From assembly GCA_034780895.1 (NCBI GenBank), contig JAUZTB010000076.1, positions 93,367,374 to 93,431,373 on the forward strand: a stretch of 64,000 bases of DNA. Reading direction: 5' to 3'. The translations under genes and the position numbers were made by a program. A model generated the notes under the pieces. It searched no databases, was not told the origin of the DNA, and worked only from the letters and a program-made list of their open reading frames with translations. Source of the stretch: Rhynchobatus australiae. Lineage: Eukaryota. Shown piece by piece: positions 13,750 through 26,650 of the stretch (position 1 is the first letter of the stretch; each line of letters opens with the position of its first letter).

Positions 13750-14630
13750 GTTTGGGGAGCAGCTGTCCAGTGGCTGAAGAACTGTTCACTGAATCACAGT
13801 GTGGATTCTGTCCATCCAGAGGCACAGTGGGAATAATCTTCAGCACACCACTCCAAGAAAAATACTGGGAGCAGCCACTATTCATGGCCTTTTTCAACCT
13901 TATTAAGGCCTTTGACTCCATCATCTGGGAGGGACTCTCCTCAGATTTAGTTGCCCACTGAAGTTCATCTCTATCTTATTTGCTTCACAATGGAGTGCAA
14001 GCCATGATCCTAATGAATGGGTCTGCACAGAACCAATCTCACCGAAGACCAATGTCAAACAAGACTGTGCCATTGCCGTGATACTTTTTCCAATGTCTCT
14101 TGTTGCAATGCTGCACCTCTACTCTATACCTCATTGAGAGTGAATTTAATCATTAAAACAAATGGGAGACTATTCAACCTCTGTGACTACTCCACATCCC
14201 AACCTCAACAGTCAAAGCCGTAAATGCATAAAACATTTGTGTTTGCTGATGGTTAAAGGCCACGTTCCAAGCCATACTCAACTTGTTTATCAAAACATGA
14301 GAGAATTGGCCTTACAATCAACACCTGTAAGATAAAGGTTCTGATTAATAACCTGACCCAATTGCGCAACACTGTCCTTCAAGAGTAAAGGCTCACAGTG
14401 AGACCTTGGAAAATGTGGATCATTTCTCACATCTTGGGAGTCATCTCTCAGTGAATGCTGACATTAATAACGAAATTCACCATCACCTTCCATATGTGCT
14501 AGCATAGCCTTTGATTGATTTGAGGAAATAATTATTTGAAGATCAAGATCTCAAATCTGGCAAAAACTCAGCAGTGAGGCCTGCCCTCTTATATGCTTCT
14601 GGACCTGGATTACCTACAGCAGGCATCTCA
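13750..14630 (+). mobile_element. RTE (BovB-type) LINE, degenerate RT fragment
   Basis: AEELFTESQCGFCPSRGTVGIIF..LQEKYWEQPLFMAFFNLIKAFDSI.WEGL matches the RTE signature ESQCGFR..RGT.DMIF..RQLQEKC.EQ..PLY..F.DL.KAFD.V. Downstream LENVDHFSHLGSHLS. Confidence 0.85.
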
Positions 14631-14639
14631 ATGTGTATT

Positions 14640-14752
14640 CCAATGAAGCAACATATAAAACACTGGAGGAACTCAGTAGGTCAGGCAACATTTATGGAGA
14701 GAAATGGACAGCTGACGTTTCAGGTCAAGATCCTTCATCTGGACTGGACTGT
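14640..14752 (-). mobile_element. Penelope-associated terminal repeat fragment with hammerhead-like motif
   Basis: Reverse complement cagtccagatgaaggatcttgacctgaaacgtcagctgtccattt...gacctactgagttcctccag. Confidence 0.7.
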
Positions 14753-14774
14753 GGTCCCAATAAAGCCCTCAGTC

Positions 14775-15203
14775 TGATGCTAGAGTGTGGCTGAATTCCG
14801 GGTACTTAAACATCAAGTTCACTGCAAGCTGAGGTTCCACCTCTCCCCATTGTTGCAAAATTGCTGCACCACCTGACCCTTGTAGGAAAGTTTCCAGAGA
14901 GAAGCACATGTCAATCAGCCAGTAGTTTGCACAAAATGTCCTTGGGGCCTTTTGGGAACAGGAAATAATGAACCCTCTTGAATATTCCCCTGAACAGACT
15001 GTCAAAATAATTCAGCAGAATACCTCATCATCAGAACTTTCCAACAAGTACGAAGACTTTGTTGGCTGGAGGTGAGAAGTTCTCTCTCCATCAGGTCCTT
15101 TGCACTCGACAGGAGTCTCAATGAAAATGCAAGCTGCTATTGCAGTGGAGATGAGACCGTCATCCAATTCCTCCTGGGATGTGTATTTGTCGAGGTCTGG
15201 AAT
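14775..15203 (+). mobile_element. Tx1-like LINE ORF2 C-terminal fragment
   Basis: QQNTSSSELSNKYEDF...VRSSLSIRSF...ASCYCSGDETVIQFLLGCVFVEVW; same family as 5745-7030. Confidence 0.7.
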
Positions 15204-16044
15204 NNNNNNNNNNAGGTCATCACCATCAAAGGCACCTCTCCAATGTGTACCAACCCCCTTTCCCTACCACATCGACTACTTCCTTGAAACTCTTTCCTTT
15301 GCAAAGCATGTAAAGGAAAGGCCTTTCAGTGCATAATGTACATAAACTTCATCTATAACTTCAAATACCTTCATCTTTGCAAGCTATAGAATTGCAGTGT
15401 GGGCAGATGAAGAAATGTTCCCTGTCCATCCTCACATCACATTAACAAACATTTGCAGATGCTAAAGAATTTCCAAGCAAGAGCTATTGAGTGGCACTTA
15501 TTCATAATTATCTCATCACTAATAGGATGCTTAGACTGTTAATTATTAAGCTTAACTTTCTGGGGCAGGAATATTGTGCAATTAACATAGAAATGCTGCA
15601 GCTTCATGAAACACATAGAGAAGCTGGTACAAAATATTGCTTCCACTTGACTGTGATGATGCAAACTTTGGAGTTTTATACCCAAGGATTTCCCAAGCTT
15701 CCAGAACTTGCGAGTAAAATCAACATGAGGGCACAGTATCACTGAAGTTGCTAGGGATGTCTGGCAAGAAATATTGGAGCCTTGGAGTGGCTGTCTTGGG
15801 TGTCTCTGTGAAAGGCTTGCCTCATAGAAACTGCACTGAGAGATAGTCCCTGAAACTCTGGAATAAGTTTAAAAATAACTTGAGCTAACTTTATGAAATA
15901 TGTTCTTGTTAAATCAATTGATCACAACCAGTCATCGGATCAAACACTAGTGAGATATTGGGGAAAGGAAGCCTATATTCAGGACAGGGCAAAAGGAAGG
16001 GGAGGTGCCAGTTCTCCATGCATGGAAGTTATGCTTTCTTTAAT

Positions 16045-16430
16045 CCAATTTTTTGGGATGTGGGTGTTGCTGGCAAGGTCAGCATTTATTGTCTGAATCT
16101 CACTGCCTATCAGAAGGTGGTGGTCTGCCACCTACTTAGATTGCTATGGTCCTTCTGATGAACACCTGCAGGTTCCCCTCCAAGTTGAACACCATTCTGA
16201 ATTTGGTGCCCCGGTTAATGCTGGGGGTCCAGTTCATTTTCTTCTTTATCTGTGTCAGTCTAACAGTCATGATACAACTGTTTGGCTTGCTGGACCCTTT
16301 CCATGGGCATTTGAGCATTAATCTCATTGGTGAGTCTGGAGTCACATATGGGCCAGACTGGGTTAGGATGGCAGATTCCTTCCCCTGAAAGGCCTTGATA
16401 AAGCTGATGGGTTTTTATAACAGTCCACTC
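16045..16430 (-). mobile_element. LINE tail and SINE fragments (same SINE family as 35820-36260)
   Basis: gggatgtgggtgttgctggcaaggtcagcatttattg and gtctggagtcacatatgggccagactggg...gatgggtttttataacagtc are diverged reverse complements of motifs at 36100-36240. Confidence 0.55.
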
Positions 16431-18056
16431 ATCTTTTCAAATGATTAGTTTATTTCTAAGATTTTTTTAATTTTCTGTCAAGATCAATTCTTTTTCTTTT
16501 AAATTCATCAACCTGCAATAGCTGTACAGAAGGAGGATAGAACTCTGTCCATCTATAAATAACTAAATATGGCCCAGAATTTTCTGTAGATGGGTATCAT
16601 GCCTGTTTGGAAAAGCAGAATAATAAAATAAAGAAATAAAGCGAATTAAGTTAAATCAGTAATGGAATGAGAAATAAAGAATGAGAAAGAAAGCAAAACA
16701 GGCAGGTTCTGAACATCTCAAATAAAACAAAAATTGCAGAATACTTGGTAGATCTGTCAGCATCTGTGGAGTGAGAAATGGAGTTAGTGGGCTGCTGCTT
16801 GCTGTTGGAGATCTGCGGTTCCAAAAGAGAGGACTTAATTTGAACACACATTTATAGCAATTATTCATTAAAATGTCAGAATCTATTCCTGATGTGTGCA
16901 GAATTGCTTTTTAAGTATTTTGCTTTGTAAAAGTCTTGTGATATATAGAAGCACAAGTACATTACTTTCCCACTATCCTGATGTGATATTATATTACTAT
17001 TTTATCCTCAATGTTGTTACATAAAGTAACAGTGATCCCTACATAATGTAGAACTTTATTATCAGAAAATGGAAGGTTCGAAACAAAATTCTTGTTGCCA
17101 AACAGTGAAAGAAAAGTGAATGCAATGCTTCTACCTACAATACCATTATAACACCGCTGATAGGTTTCAGCCAGAGTATTGTGAACAAAATTCTGGGCAC
17201 ATACTTCAGGAAAGATATTAACGCTTTTCATAGGGCACAGAGAAAACTTATCAAGGTGCTGAAAAGAGTTTGTGACTGCTGTTCTGTTGGAAAAGAGTCA
17301 GGACTTTCTCCTTGGGTCAGAAAGGGTTGAGGATCAGAGGTTTTTAAGTTGAAGAGAGAAGGGGAGAAAAAAGGATTGTGTTAGAGAACAAGAAAGAGGT
17401 TAAATAACAAATGAGAGTACGAGGCAAAAAGGGGTGGTAATGGAAAAAGTAGATAAACAGGGGGATTGGCCTTTTGGAACTGAACAAGAACAAAATAATG
17501 CAGATGCTGGAAATCTAACAAAGATTGCACAAAATTCTGAGCCGGTCAGGCAGCACCTGTGGAGAGAGAAATAGAGCTAATGGCACAAGTCAATGACCTC
17601 TACTGGGAAAAAAGTTTGTGACGCACACATTCTGAAATGCAAAAAAAGGGGCAAGGAGGGGAAAAAGTTCCTTGGAGAACTTTCCTAGGAGAAAAGTACT
17701 TCTTTACCCCACTGCAATAAGTCCTGCCTATTAGATTAGCTTACTCTGGTAGCTTACTCTGCCAGCCTGCAGCCTCGGGTCATCTAGCTTGGCCTCCTCT
17801 GTGACCTCCTTGCCTGCTTACATTCAGAAGCTATTCCATCCCTGGTACTCATGCTCTTTCCTTACATCTCTTCAGCTTGGGACATTTTATCACCTTATAT
17901 TGCTGCTGCCACTGGTTTACTTGCACATGTACAGAGCTGAGGCTGAAATCATAACCCTCCTGGTTCATGTTAAAGACTAAGAATGGAAATTCCCACAGTA
18001 GGCCATGAACTGAACCAATTCAGAAAGAAAATAAATGTGGAGTATCCATATACAGA

Positions 18057-18310
18057 AGTGGTTAGCATAATGCTATTACAGCGCCAGTGACCCAGGTTCA
18101 ATTCCCTCCTCTGTCTGTAAGGTACATTCTCCCCATATCTGCATGGGTTTCCAGTTTCCTCCCACATTCCAAAGACATACAGTTTAGGAAGTTGTGGGCA
18201 TGCTATGTTGGCACCGGAAGCATGGCGACACTTGTGGGCTGCCGCCAGAACACCCTACGCAAAAGATGCATTTCACTGTTTCGATGTACATGTGACTAAT
18301 ACAGAAATCT
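18057..18310 (+). mobile_element. V-SINE
   Basis: tRNA-like head agtggttagc...ggttcaattcc (B box), then partial V-domain tctccccatatctgcatgggtttcc...cctcccacattccaaagac. Confidence 0.8.
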
Positions 18311-18329
18311 AATTTGAGCTAATCTAATA

Positions 18330-20120
18330 ATCTTAAACCTTCTAGTGCAGTGGCCATATCAAAGTCCTGGTCTGTCTTTTGGTGAAGAACTGAGGTGGAA
18401 AAACTGCATGCAATTGGCAGAGCTGAGCGATCCCACAACCAACAGATTCAATCAAAGCTCTATAGTTCTGCCACACTTGTGTATGGTAGTAGATAATTAA
18501 AAGGTAATGGAACAACAGTCTTCAAAAGCATCCCCATCCTCAATGATGGCGGGTGCCAGTATTTGAGTGATAAAGACATGGCTGAAGAATTCACATCCAT
18601 GTTTATTGAATGATCCATCCTCCTGAGATTCCCACCATCACAGCAGCAATTTGATTTGCTCCACATGATATCCAGAAACAGCTAAGAGCACTGGATACAG
18701 CAAAGGCTATGGAACCAAACAATATCCTAGTTGTTGCACTGACAACTTCAGAACAAGCCATGCCTCTAGCCAAACTGTTCCAACACAGTTACAGTACTGA
18801 CATATACCCAAAAACATGTCCTGTTCACAGAAAACAGGGAAAACTCCTGCCTACTCAGTGATGGAAGGTGTTGTTGCCAGTATTATCAAACAGCACTTAC
18901 CCACAAATAACCTGTTCACCAATGTCCTGTTTGGGTTTCATCAGGACCACTCAGCTCCAGTTATCAGAGCCTTGGTCCAAAGTTGGACCAAAGAGTTGAA
19001 TTCCAAAGGTGAAATGAAGTGAGTACCCTTGGCATCAAGGCAGCATTTGAATGAGTATGACATTAAGGAATCCTGGTAAAACTGGTCATTAGGCATCAAT
19101 GGGAAAATACTCATCACATCATAGTTATACAGCACAGAAGCAGGGCCCTCAGCCCTACTTGAGCTACTCCCAGTCGCCTGTGTTTGGCCCATATCCCTCT
19201 AAAACTTTCCTATCTGTGTGTCTGTCTAAATGTCTAACCATCATTGGATAAATACTTTGCACAAAGGAAGATATTGTGGATGTAGGAGGTCGATCGTCCC
19301 AGCCCCAGTACCTCACAGGACCCAGCCATCTTCAGTTGTTTCAGGTGGTCAGAAGTAGGAATGTTTGCACCATGTTTGCTTCCATTCTCAAATCCTCAGC
19401 AAATGAAGTGGGTCATGCCTGCATGCAGCAAGGTTTAGACAACATTCAAGCTGAGAAGAGGCAAGTAACATTCATGCCACAAACACATCACACAGTGACC
19501 ATTTCCAAAAAGAGAGTCTCATCCCTGATATTCAATAGCATTACCTTTACTGAGTTCCACACCATCAACATCCTGGTCACTAGTGATCAGAACCTCAGCC
19601 GGACCAGCCACATACATATTGTGGCTACAAGAGAAGGTCAGAGACTGTGTATCATGTGGCAACTGTCTCACTTATTGACAGCCTAAAGCTTTTCCACTAT
19701 CTACAAGGCACAAATCAGGAACGTGATGGCGTACTTTCCATTTATCTGGATGAATGCAACTCCAACAACAGTCAAGTAGCTCAACACCGATAAGAACAAA
19801 CCAGCCCACTTGATTGGTACCCCATCCACCACCATAAATCCNNNNNNNNNNNNNNNNNNNNNNNNNNNNNNNNNNNNNNNNNNNNNNNNNNNNNNNNNNN
19901 NNNNNNNNNNNNNNNNNNNNNNNNNNNNNNNNNNNNNNNNNNNNNNNNNNNNCCACCAAGGACGAGGACAGCAGGCGCAAGGGAACACCACCAGCTGTGG
20001 GTTCCCTTCCAAGTCACACATTATCCTGACTTGGAAATATACCACTCATAATTCATTGGCGCTGGGTATACTCCTCACCCAGCAACAATGTGGGAGTAAC
20101 TTCACCAGAAGGATTGCAGT
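18330..20120 (+). mobile_element. Degenerate CR1/L2-group LINE (RT region and 3' end) with a nested CR1 tail at about 19120-19240
   Basis: Peptides VMEGVVASIIKQHLPTNNLFTNVLFGFHQDHSAP..ALVQSWTKELN and QQGLDNIQA..RQVTFMPQ. 3' end homologous to 30415-31450. Confidence 0.75.
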
Positions 20121-20149
20121 TTGTCAATGTGGTTTAATGGAAAGTAGAT

Positions 20150-20372
20150 GCAGGTAAAAAAATATTTGCATTACCAGATCCTTATTGTTGACCTGCATTG
20201 CACTTTCTCTGCAGCTGTTGCACTTTATTCTGCATTCTGTTATTTTATCTTGTCCTACCTCAATGCACTGTGTAATGAATTGACCTGTATGAATGGTATG
20301 CAAGACAAGTTAGTCACTGTACATGTTTTTCACCTCGATACATGTGACGATAATAAACCAAATCCAATTCCT
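20150..20372 (+). mobile_element. Rex1/Babar LINE 3' UTR tail
   Basis: ctgcattgcactttctctgcagctgttgcacttt...caatgcactgtgtaatgaattgacctgta...gataataaaccaa; same tail as 58990-59230. Confidence 0.7.
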
Positions 20373-21964
20373 GAAAATTCATAATTTTTTTGTATAGGTA
20401 GTTTTTGCTATAACTTATATAAAAATTGTTTAAAATTCTTTTCATATTTAGATGTTTACTTTCTGTTTAAGAACAATGAAAGCTTTGCATGAGCGCAGTG
20501 GGGTGGGGAGGAGAGAAAGGGGTCAACATCACAGTTCCCTAAATGTCCATACAGCTTGATCAATAAAACACAAAAATGTAACTTAAACTACTTATTTTCA
20601 TCTTACGTATATTTCAAATCCAAGGAAGTTATTTGTTTCCAATGGCTGNNNNNNNNNNNNNNNNNNNNNNNNNNNNNNNNNNNNNNNNNNNNNNNNNNNN
20701 NNNNNNNNNNNNNNNNNNNNNNNNNNNNNNNNNNNNNNNNNNNNNNNNAAGTTATTTGTTTCCAATGGCTGAAATACACATAAATCAAAAATCTTTCCAG
20801 GATTCTTAACAAGATGAAGATTGTAGAATGTTTTATAATATTAATGTTTCATCTATTGAATGATCTGTCTGGGAGTGAAAATAGATTGGAATTCTGATGT
20901 ATCTAAAGCAATTGGGAAAAGAGGCACAAGCTTCAGCTGCAGTTTAAAGCTTCTGCATTCTTGACATTTCTGTGGCAGCTTGGGGCCATTTAGGATCAAA
21001 ATAGAATGTTTCTAACAATAAGTCACAGAACTGAGAATCCAAGTTTTCTGACATGAAAAGATGAAAGGGTAAAATGGTTTTTAAAGTCATCGTTTTGATG
21101 TTGTAAAGAATTATGACCTAGAAATTCAGTCGAGAAATGCTGGTTTTCCAGCATAAATCTGAAAATTGTTTATTTTGATCGTGGAATGTACGGCCGACTC
21201 TGGGTCACACCACGCTATGCCGCACTGTGCTTCCAGTCATCAATCACCCATTGCACTGATGATGACATCCCCCATGCAACCCAGGAAATTAGATCATTTT
21301 GTTCCAGGTTGTGCCCATCAACGATCATTCCTAGCTATTCATGATGTCATGACTGATGCAGGATCATGATTTAATAGGGGCTTCCTGGAACAGATTGCAG
21401 TTCAGTGCAGGAAACTTGACCCAAATAGGCTCCCTTAACATATGAAACTTTGGTGTTCTCCTCCACCCATTACTTGACGGAACCCCAGGGATCCCCCTCC
21501 AAACACACCCTACCCCACTCAGCTTGTACCACCAAATCTGCCTCATCCCCTGCTTTGGGCCTCGCGCACCAGGGGGGAGTTGTGAACCTTTGTTTGGCAT
21601 TTTGGCAATGGCCCTTTCACACTCATTCAATGGCACCGAAGATTTTCTAAACCAATGCATGGTTACTGTTCCAGTTCTTTTCAAGCGGTGAACACATTGC
21701 GGCTATGTTAAAATGATAAAGTGCAAGAACTATTACGACAAATATTCTAATTATGACCTACTGTGTTTCAATTCTGTGCACCTACCAAAACCCAATTTCA
21801 AAACTACTTCACATTTCTTTTTGTTGATATGAAGTTCCAATCCAAGCTCCTTAAGTCATTGCTATACCTTGTCCACCTGAGCCTTGTGGGACCTGTATAT
21901 GCTCACTGTGGAGAGCTTCAAGACTCTGGTTGCTCACTTCCAGAGAGAGGTGAGAGGTAGCAGC

Positions 21965-22120
21965 AAAAAAAAAGCAGAAGCTGGAAATGTGAAATAAAAG
22001 CAGAAAATGCTGAAAAGACACACCAAGTCAGACAGCACCTTGCAGAGAGAAAAGGAGCTCCTGTTTCAGGTTAATGAGCTTTCATCAGTTCTCTGTGTGC
22101 AAATGCTGCTTGACCTGCTG
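21965..22120. mobile_element. Penelope-associated terminal repeat (older subfamily), fold-back arrangement
   Basis: gcagaagctggaaatgtgaaataaaagcagaaaatgctg...gtttcaggttaatgagctttcatcag followed by the inverted end atgctgcttgacctgctg. Confidence 0.55.
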
Positions 22121-24456
22121 NNNNNNNNNNNNNNNNNNNNNNNNNNNNNNNNNNNNNNNNNNNNNNNNNNNNNNNNNNNNNNNNNNNNNNNNNNNNNNNN
22201 NNNNNNNNNNNNNNNNNNNNNNNNNNNNNNNNNNNNNNNNNNNNNNNNNNNNNNNNNNNNNNNNNNNNNNNNNNNNNNNNNNNNNNNNNNNNNNNNNNNN
22301 NNNNNNNNNNNNNNNNNNNNNNNNNNNNNNNNNNNNNNNNNNNNNNNNNNNNNNNNNNNNNNNNNNNNNNNNNNNNNNNNNNNNNNNNNNNNNNNNNNNN
22401 NNNNNNNNNNNNNNNNNNNNNNNNNNNNNNNNNNNNNNNNNNNNNNNNNNNNNNNNNNNNNNNNNNNNNNNNNNNNNNNNNNNNNNNNNNNNNNNNNNNN
22501 NNNNNNNNNNNNNNNNNNNNNNNNNNNNNNNNNNNNNNNNNNNNNNNNNNNNNNNNNNNNNNNNNNNNNNNNNNNNNNNNNNNNNNNNNNNNNNNNNNNN
22601 NNNNNNNNNNNNNNNNNNNNNNNNNNNNNNNNNNNNNNNNNNNNNNNNNNNNNNNNNNNNNNNNNNNNNNNNNNNNNNNNNNNNNNNNNNNNNNNNNNNN
22701 NNNNNNNNNNNNNNNNNNNNNNNNNNNNNNNNNNNNNNNNNNNNNNNNNNNNNNNNNNNNNNNNNNNNNNNNNNNNNNNNNNNNNNNNNNNNNNNNNNNN
22801 NNNNNNNNNNNNNNNNNNNNNNNNNNNNNNNNNNNNNNNNNNNNNNNNNNNNNNNNNNNNNNNNNNNNNNNNNNNNNNNNNNNNNNNNNNNNNNAGTTGA
22901 TGGGCATGTGAGAGAGAACGGTTACATGAAGATAACTGGGGGAAAGAGACAGATGAGAATCCTCTAAGAATTGGCAAGGACTCAAAGGGCCAAACAACCT
23001 CCTTCTCTGTCATAAAATATATAAAAATAAAATTAGATGCACTTCCAACAACAGAAATGTATCCATTGTACAAGAGTAAATCACTTCAGGAAGTGTCGAG
23101 CTAAATTTCTGCAGTGATATGAAACAATACTGGAAATGGTCATCACTAGTGAAAAATCAATTTTCAATCACCTATCACAGAAAAATATAGTGTTCCATGA
23201 TCAAATTTATACCCAATGTCTCTTTTCCTTCTCGACCACTTGTTGCGGTAGTTACATTGAGTGATTAGAAACATCCCAGAGGAGCTCTATTAATTTTCAT
23301 AGACTAGACTGGGAATTGATCTGAAGCTGTCTGATTCCAGGAATTCATTTCACCAGTTTTGTTATCTGCCTCACTGATGAGAATTCTTTCACATTATATG
23401 CAGATCATCATCACTATAATCACATAATTTTATGTTATAAGTAAAAATAATACTGTCATAATTTACAAAAGTATTTAATCAAGCTATGTATGATAAAAAC
23501 TTTATTAAGAAAGTAATGATATTACACAAACTTTATTCTAACCAGCTGTTTCTCAATTTGTCTTGTCTAGTTGATTTCAGTTTGAAAAGTTGACTTCAGG
23601 CACATTATCCAGGTGGAATTTCGGTTTGTTTTATGTAACTTAAACTCTATACATTGATCTGCAGCAGTTTCATTATATAAGATAGCATGTATCAAAACAT
23701 ATTTAAAAATAATGTATAATTTGAATTTTAATACCACCTACTCTTGACACTACTGCGTTGTAATTCCATCTAGGTACTGATGCTGTCACATACAATCATA
23801 GCAACTTTTAGAATTGATTTATGAGCATTGTAAGGGAATGCAGAGATATTTCCTGGCTTCTTTTCTCCATTGCAAACCATCATCTAAGTTCTTCCATCTT
23901 AACAACTTGCAACTTACATAATATATTAAATGCCAAACAAAAAATTGGTGATCTATGAAGTTTATGTAGAACATAGAACACTACAGCACGGTACAGGCCC
24001 TTCGTTCCACAATGTTGTGCCGACNNNNNNNNNNNNNNNNNNNNNNNNNNNNNNNNNNNNNNNNNNNNNNNNNNNNNNNNNNNNNNNNNNNNNNNNNNNN
24101 NNNNNNNNNNNNNNNNNNNNNNNNNNNNNNNNNNNNNNNNNNNNNNNNNNNNNNNNNNNNNNNNNNNNNNNNNNNNNNNNNNNNNNNNNNNNNNNNNNNN
24201 NNNNNNNNNNNNNNNNNNNNNNNNNNNNNNNNNNNNNNNNNNNNNNNNNNNNNNNNNNNNNNNNNNNNNNNNNNNNNNNNNNNNNNNNNNNNNNNNNNNN
24301 NNNNNNNNNNNNNNNNNNNNNNNNNNNNNNNNNNNNNNNNNNNNNNNNNNNNNNNNNNNNNNNNNNNNNNNNNNNNNNNNNNNNNNNNNNNNNNNNNNNN
24401 NNNNNNNNNNNNNNNNNNNNNNNNNNNNNNNNNNNNNNNNNNNNNNNNNNNNNNNN

Positions 24457-24597
24457 GTGGTAACAGGCCCTTTCGGTCAAACAAGTCCATGCCGCCCAAT
24501 TTAAACCCCATATTAACGTACCTGTACGTCTTTGGAATGTGGGAGGAAACTGGAGCACCCGGAGGAAACCCACGCAGTCACGGGAGAACGTACAATT
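24457..24597 (-). mobile_element. V-SINE fragment
   Basis: gtctttggaatgtgggaggaaactggagcacccggaggaaacccacgcagtcacgggagaacgtac is the reverse complement of the V-domain. Confidence 0.85.
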
Positions 24598-24886
24598 TCA
24601 TCCAATGTAATGGTGTCAAAACATATTGAGCTTTCTTGATATGTTTGCAATCTTGACACGGCTGATCTTCCATTTATTTCACAAACTTAACATATGCAAG
24701 AATGCCAGAGTGTTACCAACAACATCAAAATAATAGAGCACCACAGTTAACTATATAGTTTCAACACAAAATCGTTATAACTGTCTTCTACTAATATGAA
24801 AACATAGTTCAGCATTCGATCAACTTTCCCAATTGGTGCTCGGGATAGCGGTTCTGGTTTGGGCTTGTTTATTTACTCAATATCAC

Positions 24887-25435
24887 ATTAGAGTCATGGA
24901 GTCATACAGCATGGAAACAGGCCCTTCGGCCCAACTCATTCATGCTGACCAAGATGCCCATATAAGCTAGTTCCATTTACCTGCATCTGGCCCATATCCC
25001 TCTAAATGTTTCCTGTTCATGTACCTGTCCAATATCTTTTAGACTATTGTACAAGCCTCTACCACTTCCTCTGGCAGCTCGTTCTATATACCCACCACCC
25101 TCTGCTTGAAAAACTTGCCCCTCAGATCCTTTTTAAATCATTCCCCTCTCACTTTATACTTATGCACTCTAGTTTTAAACTCCCCTATCCTGGGAAAAAG
25201 ACTGGGGCAATCTGCCCTATCTATGCCCTTCATGATTTTATAAACTTCCAAAGGGTCACTCCTCAGCCTCATTTGCTCCGGGGAGAACAGTCCCAGTCCC
25301 AGTGTCTCCAATCTCTTCTTATAACTCAAGCCCTCCAGTCCAGGCGACATCCTTGTGAACCTTTTCTGCACTCTCTCTCATTTAATCATATCCTTCCTAC
25401 AGTGTGGTAACCAGAACTGCACACAATACTCCAAA
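24887..25435 (-). mobile_element. CR1 LINE 3' end
   Basis: QKRFTRMSPGLEGLSYKKRLETLGL..LFS..RLRSDPLEVYKIMKGID (CR1 ORF2 C-terminus) plus 3' UTR ending in gactctaat/gactccat-type repeats. Confidence 0.9.
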
Positions 25436-25449
25436 TGAATAATTAATTC

Positions 25450-26650
25450 ATTGATATTCACAAAGAAAACAGATTTTGTAGTTGGAGAATTTAGTGAAGG
25501 GCTAGCTGAAAGTCTAGTGCAGATTTTCATAAATAAAGAGAACAATTAAGTTTGCCAAGGCCCACCAAGACATTAACACCGTCAATGCCTTGGCGGGCTT
25601 AAAGATGGACAAATCCCCAGGGCCAGATGGGATTTTTCCCAGCCTGCAACAGAAAGCAAGGGAAAGGATTGCAGGAGCTCCGGCTGAGATTTTTAAATCC
25701 TTTTTGGATACAAGTGAGGTACCACATGACTGGAGGACAGCAAACATGGTCTCCCTTTTCAAGAAAGGTAGCAAGGAAAAGCCTGGTAACATTAGAACTG
25801 TGAGCCTAACATCAGTGGCAGGGNNNNNNNNNNNNNNNNNNNNNNNNNNNNNNNNNNNNNNNNNNNNNNNNNNNNNNNNNNNNNNNNNNNNNNNNNNNNN
25901 NNNNNNNNNNNNNNNNNNNNNNNNNNNNNNNNNNNNNNNNNNNNNNNNNNNNNNNNNNNNNNNNNNNNNNNNNNNNNNNNNNNNNNNNNNNNNNNNNNNN
26001 NNNNNNNNNNNNNNNNNNNNNNNNNNNNNNNNNNNNNNNNNNNNNNNNNNNNNNNNNNNNNNNNNNNNNNNNNNNNNNNNNNNNNNNNNNNNNNNNNNNN
26101 NNNNNNNNNNNNNNNNNNNNNNNNNNNNNNNNNNNNNNNNNNNNNNNNNNNNNNNNNNNNNNNNNNNNNNNNNNNNNNNNNNNNNNNNNNNNNNNNNNNN
26201 NNNNNNNNNNNNNNNNNNNNNNNNNNNNNNNNNNNNNNNNNNNNNNNNNNNNNNNNNNNNNNNNNNNNNNNNNNNNNNNNNNNNNNNNNNNNNNNNNNNN
26301 NNNNNNNNNNNNNNNNNNNNNNNNNNNNGACTGCAGGAAACTTTTCCCCATATCAGAGGTGGATAAAACTAGAGGATGTAGGTTTAGGATAAGGGGGAAG
26401 AGAAGGGATATGAGTGGGATCTTCTTCACCCAAAGAGTGTTAAGTACCTGGAATGCCCTGCCTGAGAGAGTGGTTGAAGCAATGTCACCAACAGCATTCA
26501 AGAAATGTCTGAATGAACACTCAGGCATAGAGGGCTATGGATGAAGTGCTGGGTGAAGGGATAACAGAAAGGTGCCCACTTCCTCTACTTGGATGATTTG
26601 GGCCAAATGGCTTATTTCCATGCTGTACAATTCTATGATTTTATGATTTT
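25450..26650 (+). mobile_element. CR1 LINE (pre-RT region to 3' end, partly in a gap)
   Basis: LKMDKSPGPDGIFPSL..ARERIAGAPAEIFKSFLDTSEVPHDWRTANMVSLFKKGSKEKPGNIRTVSLTSV; after the gap FFTQRVLSTWNALPERVVEA and a ttctatgattttatg tail. Confidence 0.9.

Noticed and set aside
20626-20771. Direct repeats flanking gaps (also 30754-30873, 54233-54511 and about 56148-56283)
   Set aside because: Identical sequence on both sides of N gaps (two of them exactly 100 N) indicates overlapping contig ends, not TSDs or CRISPR-like repeats.
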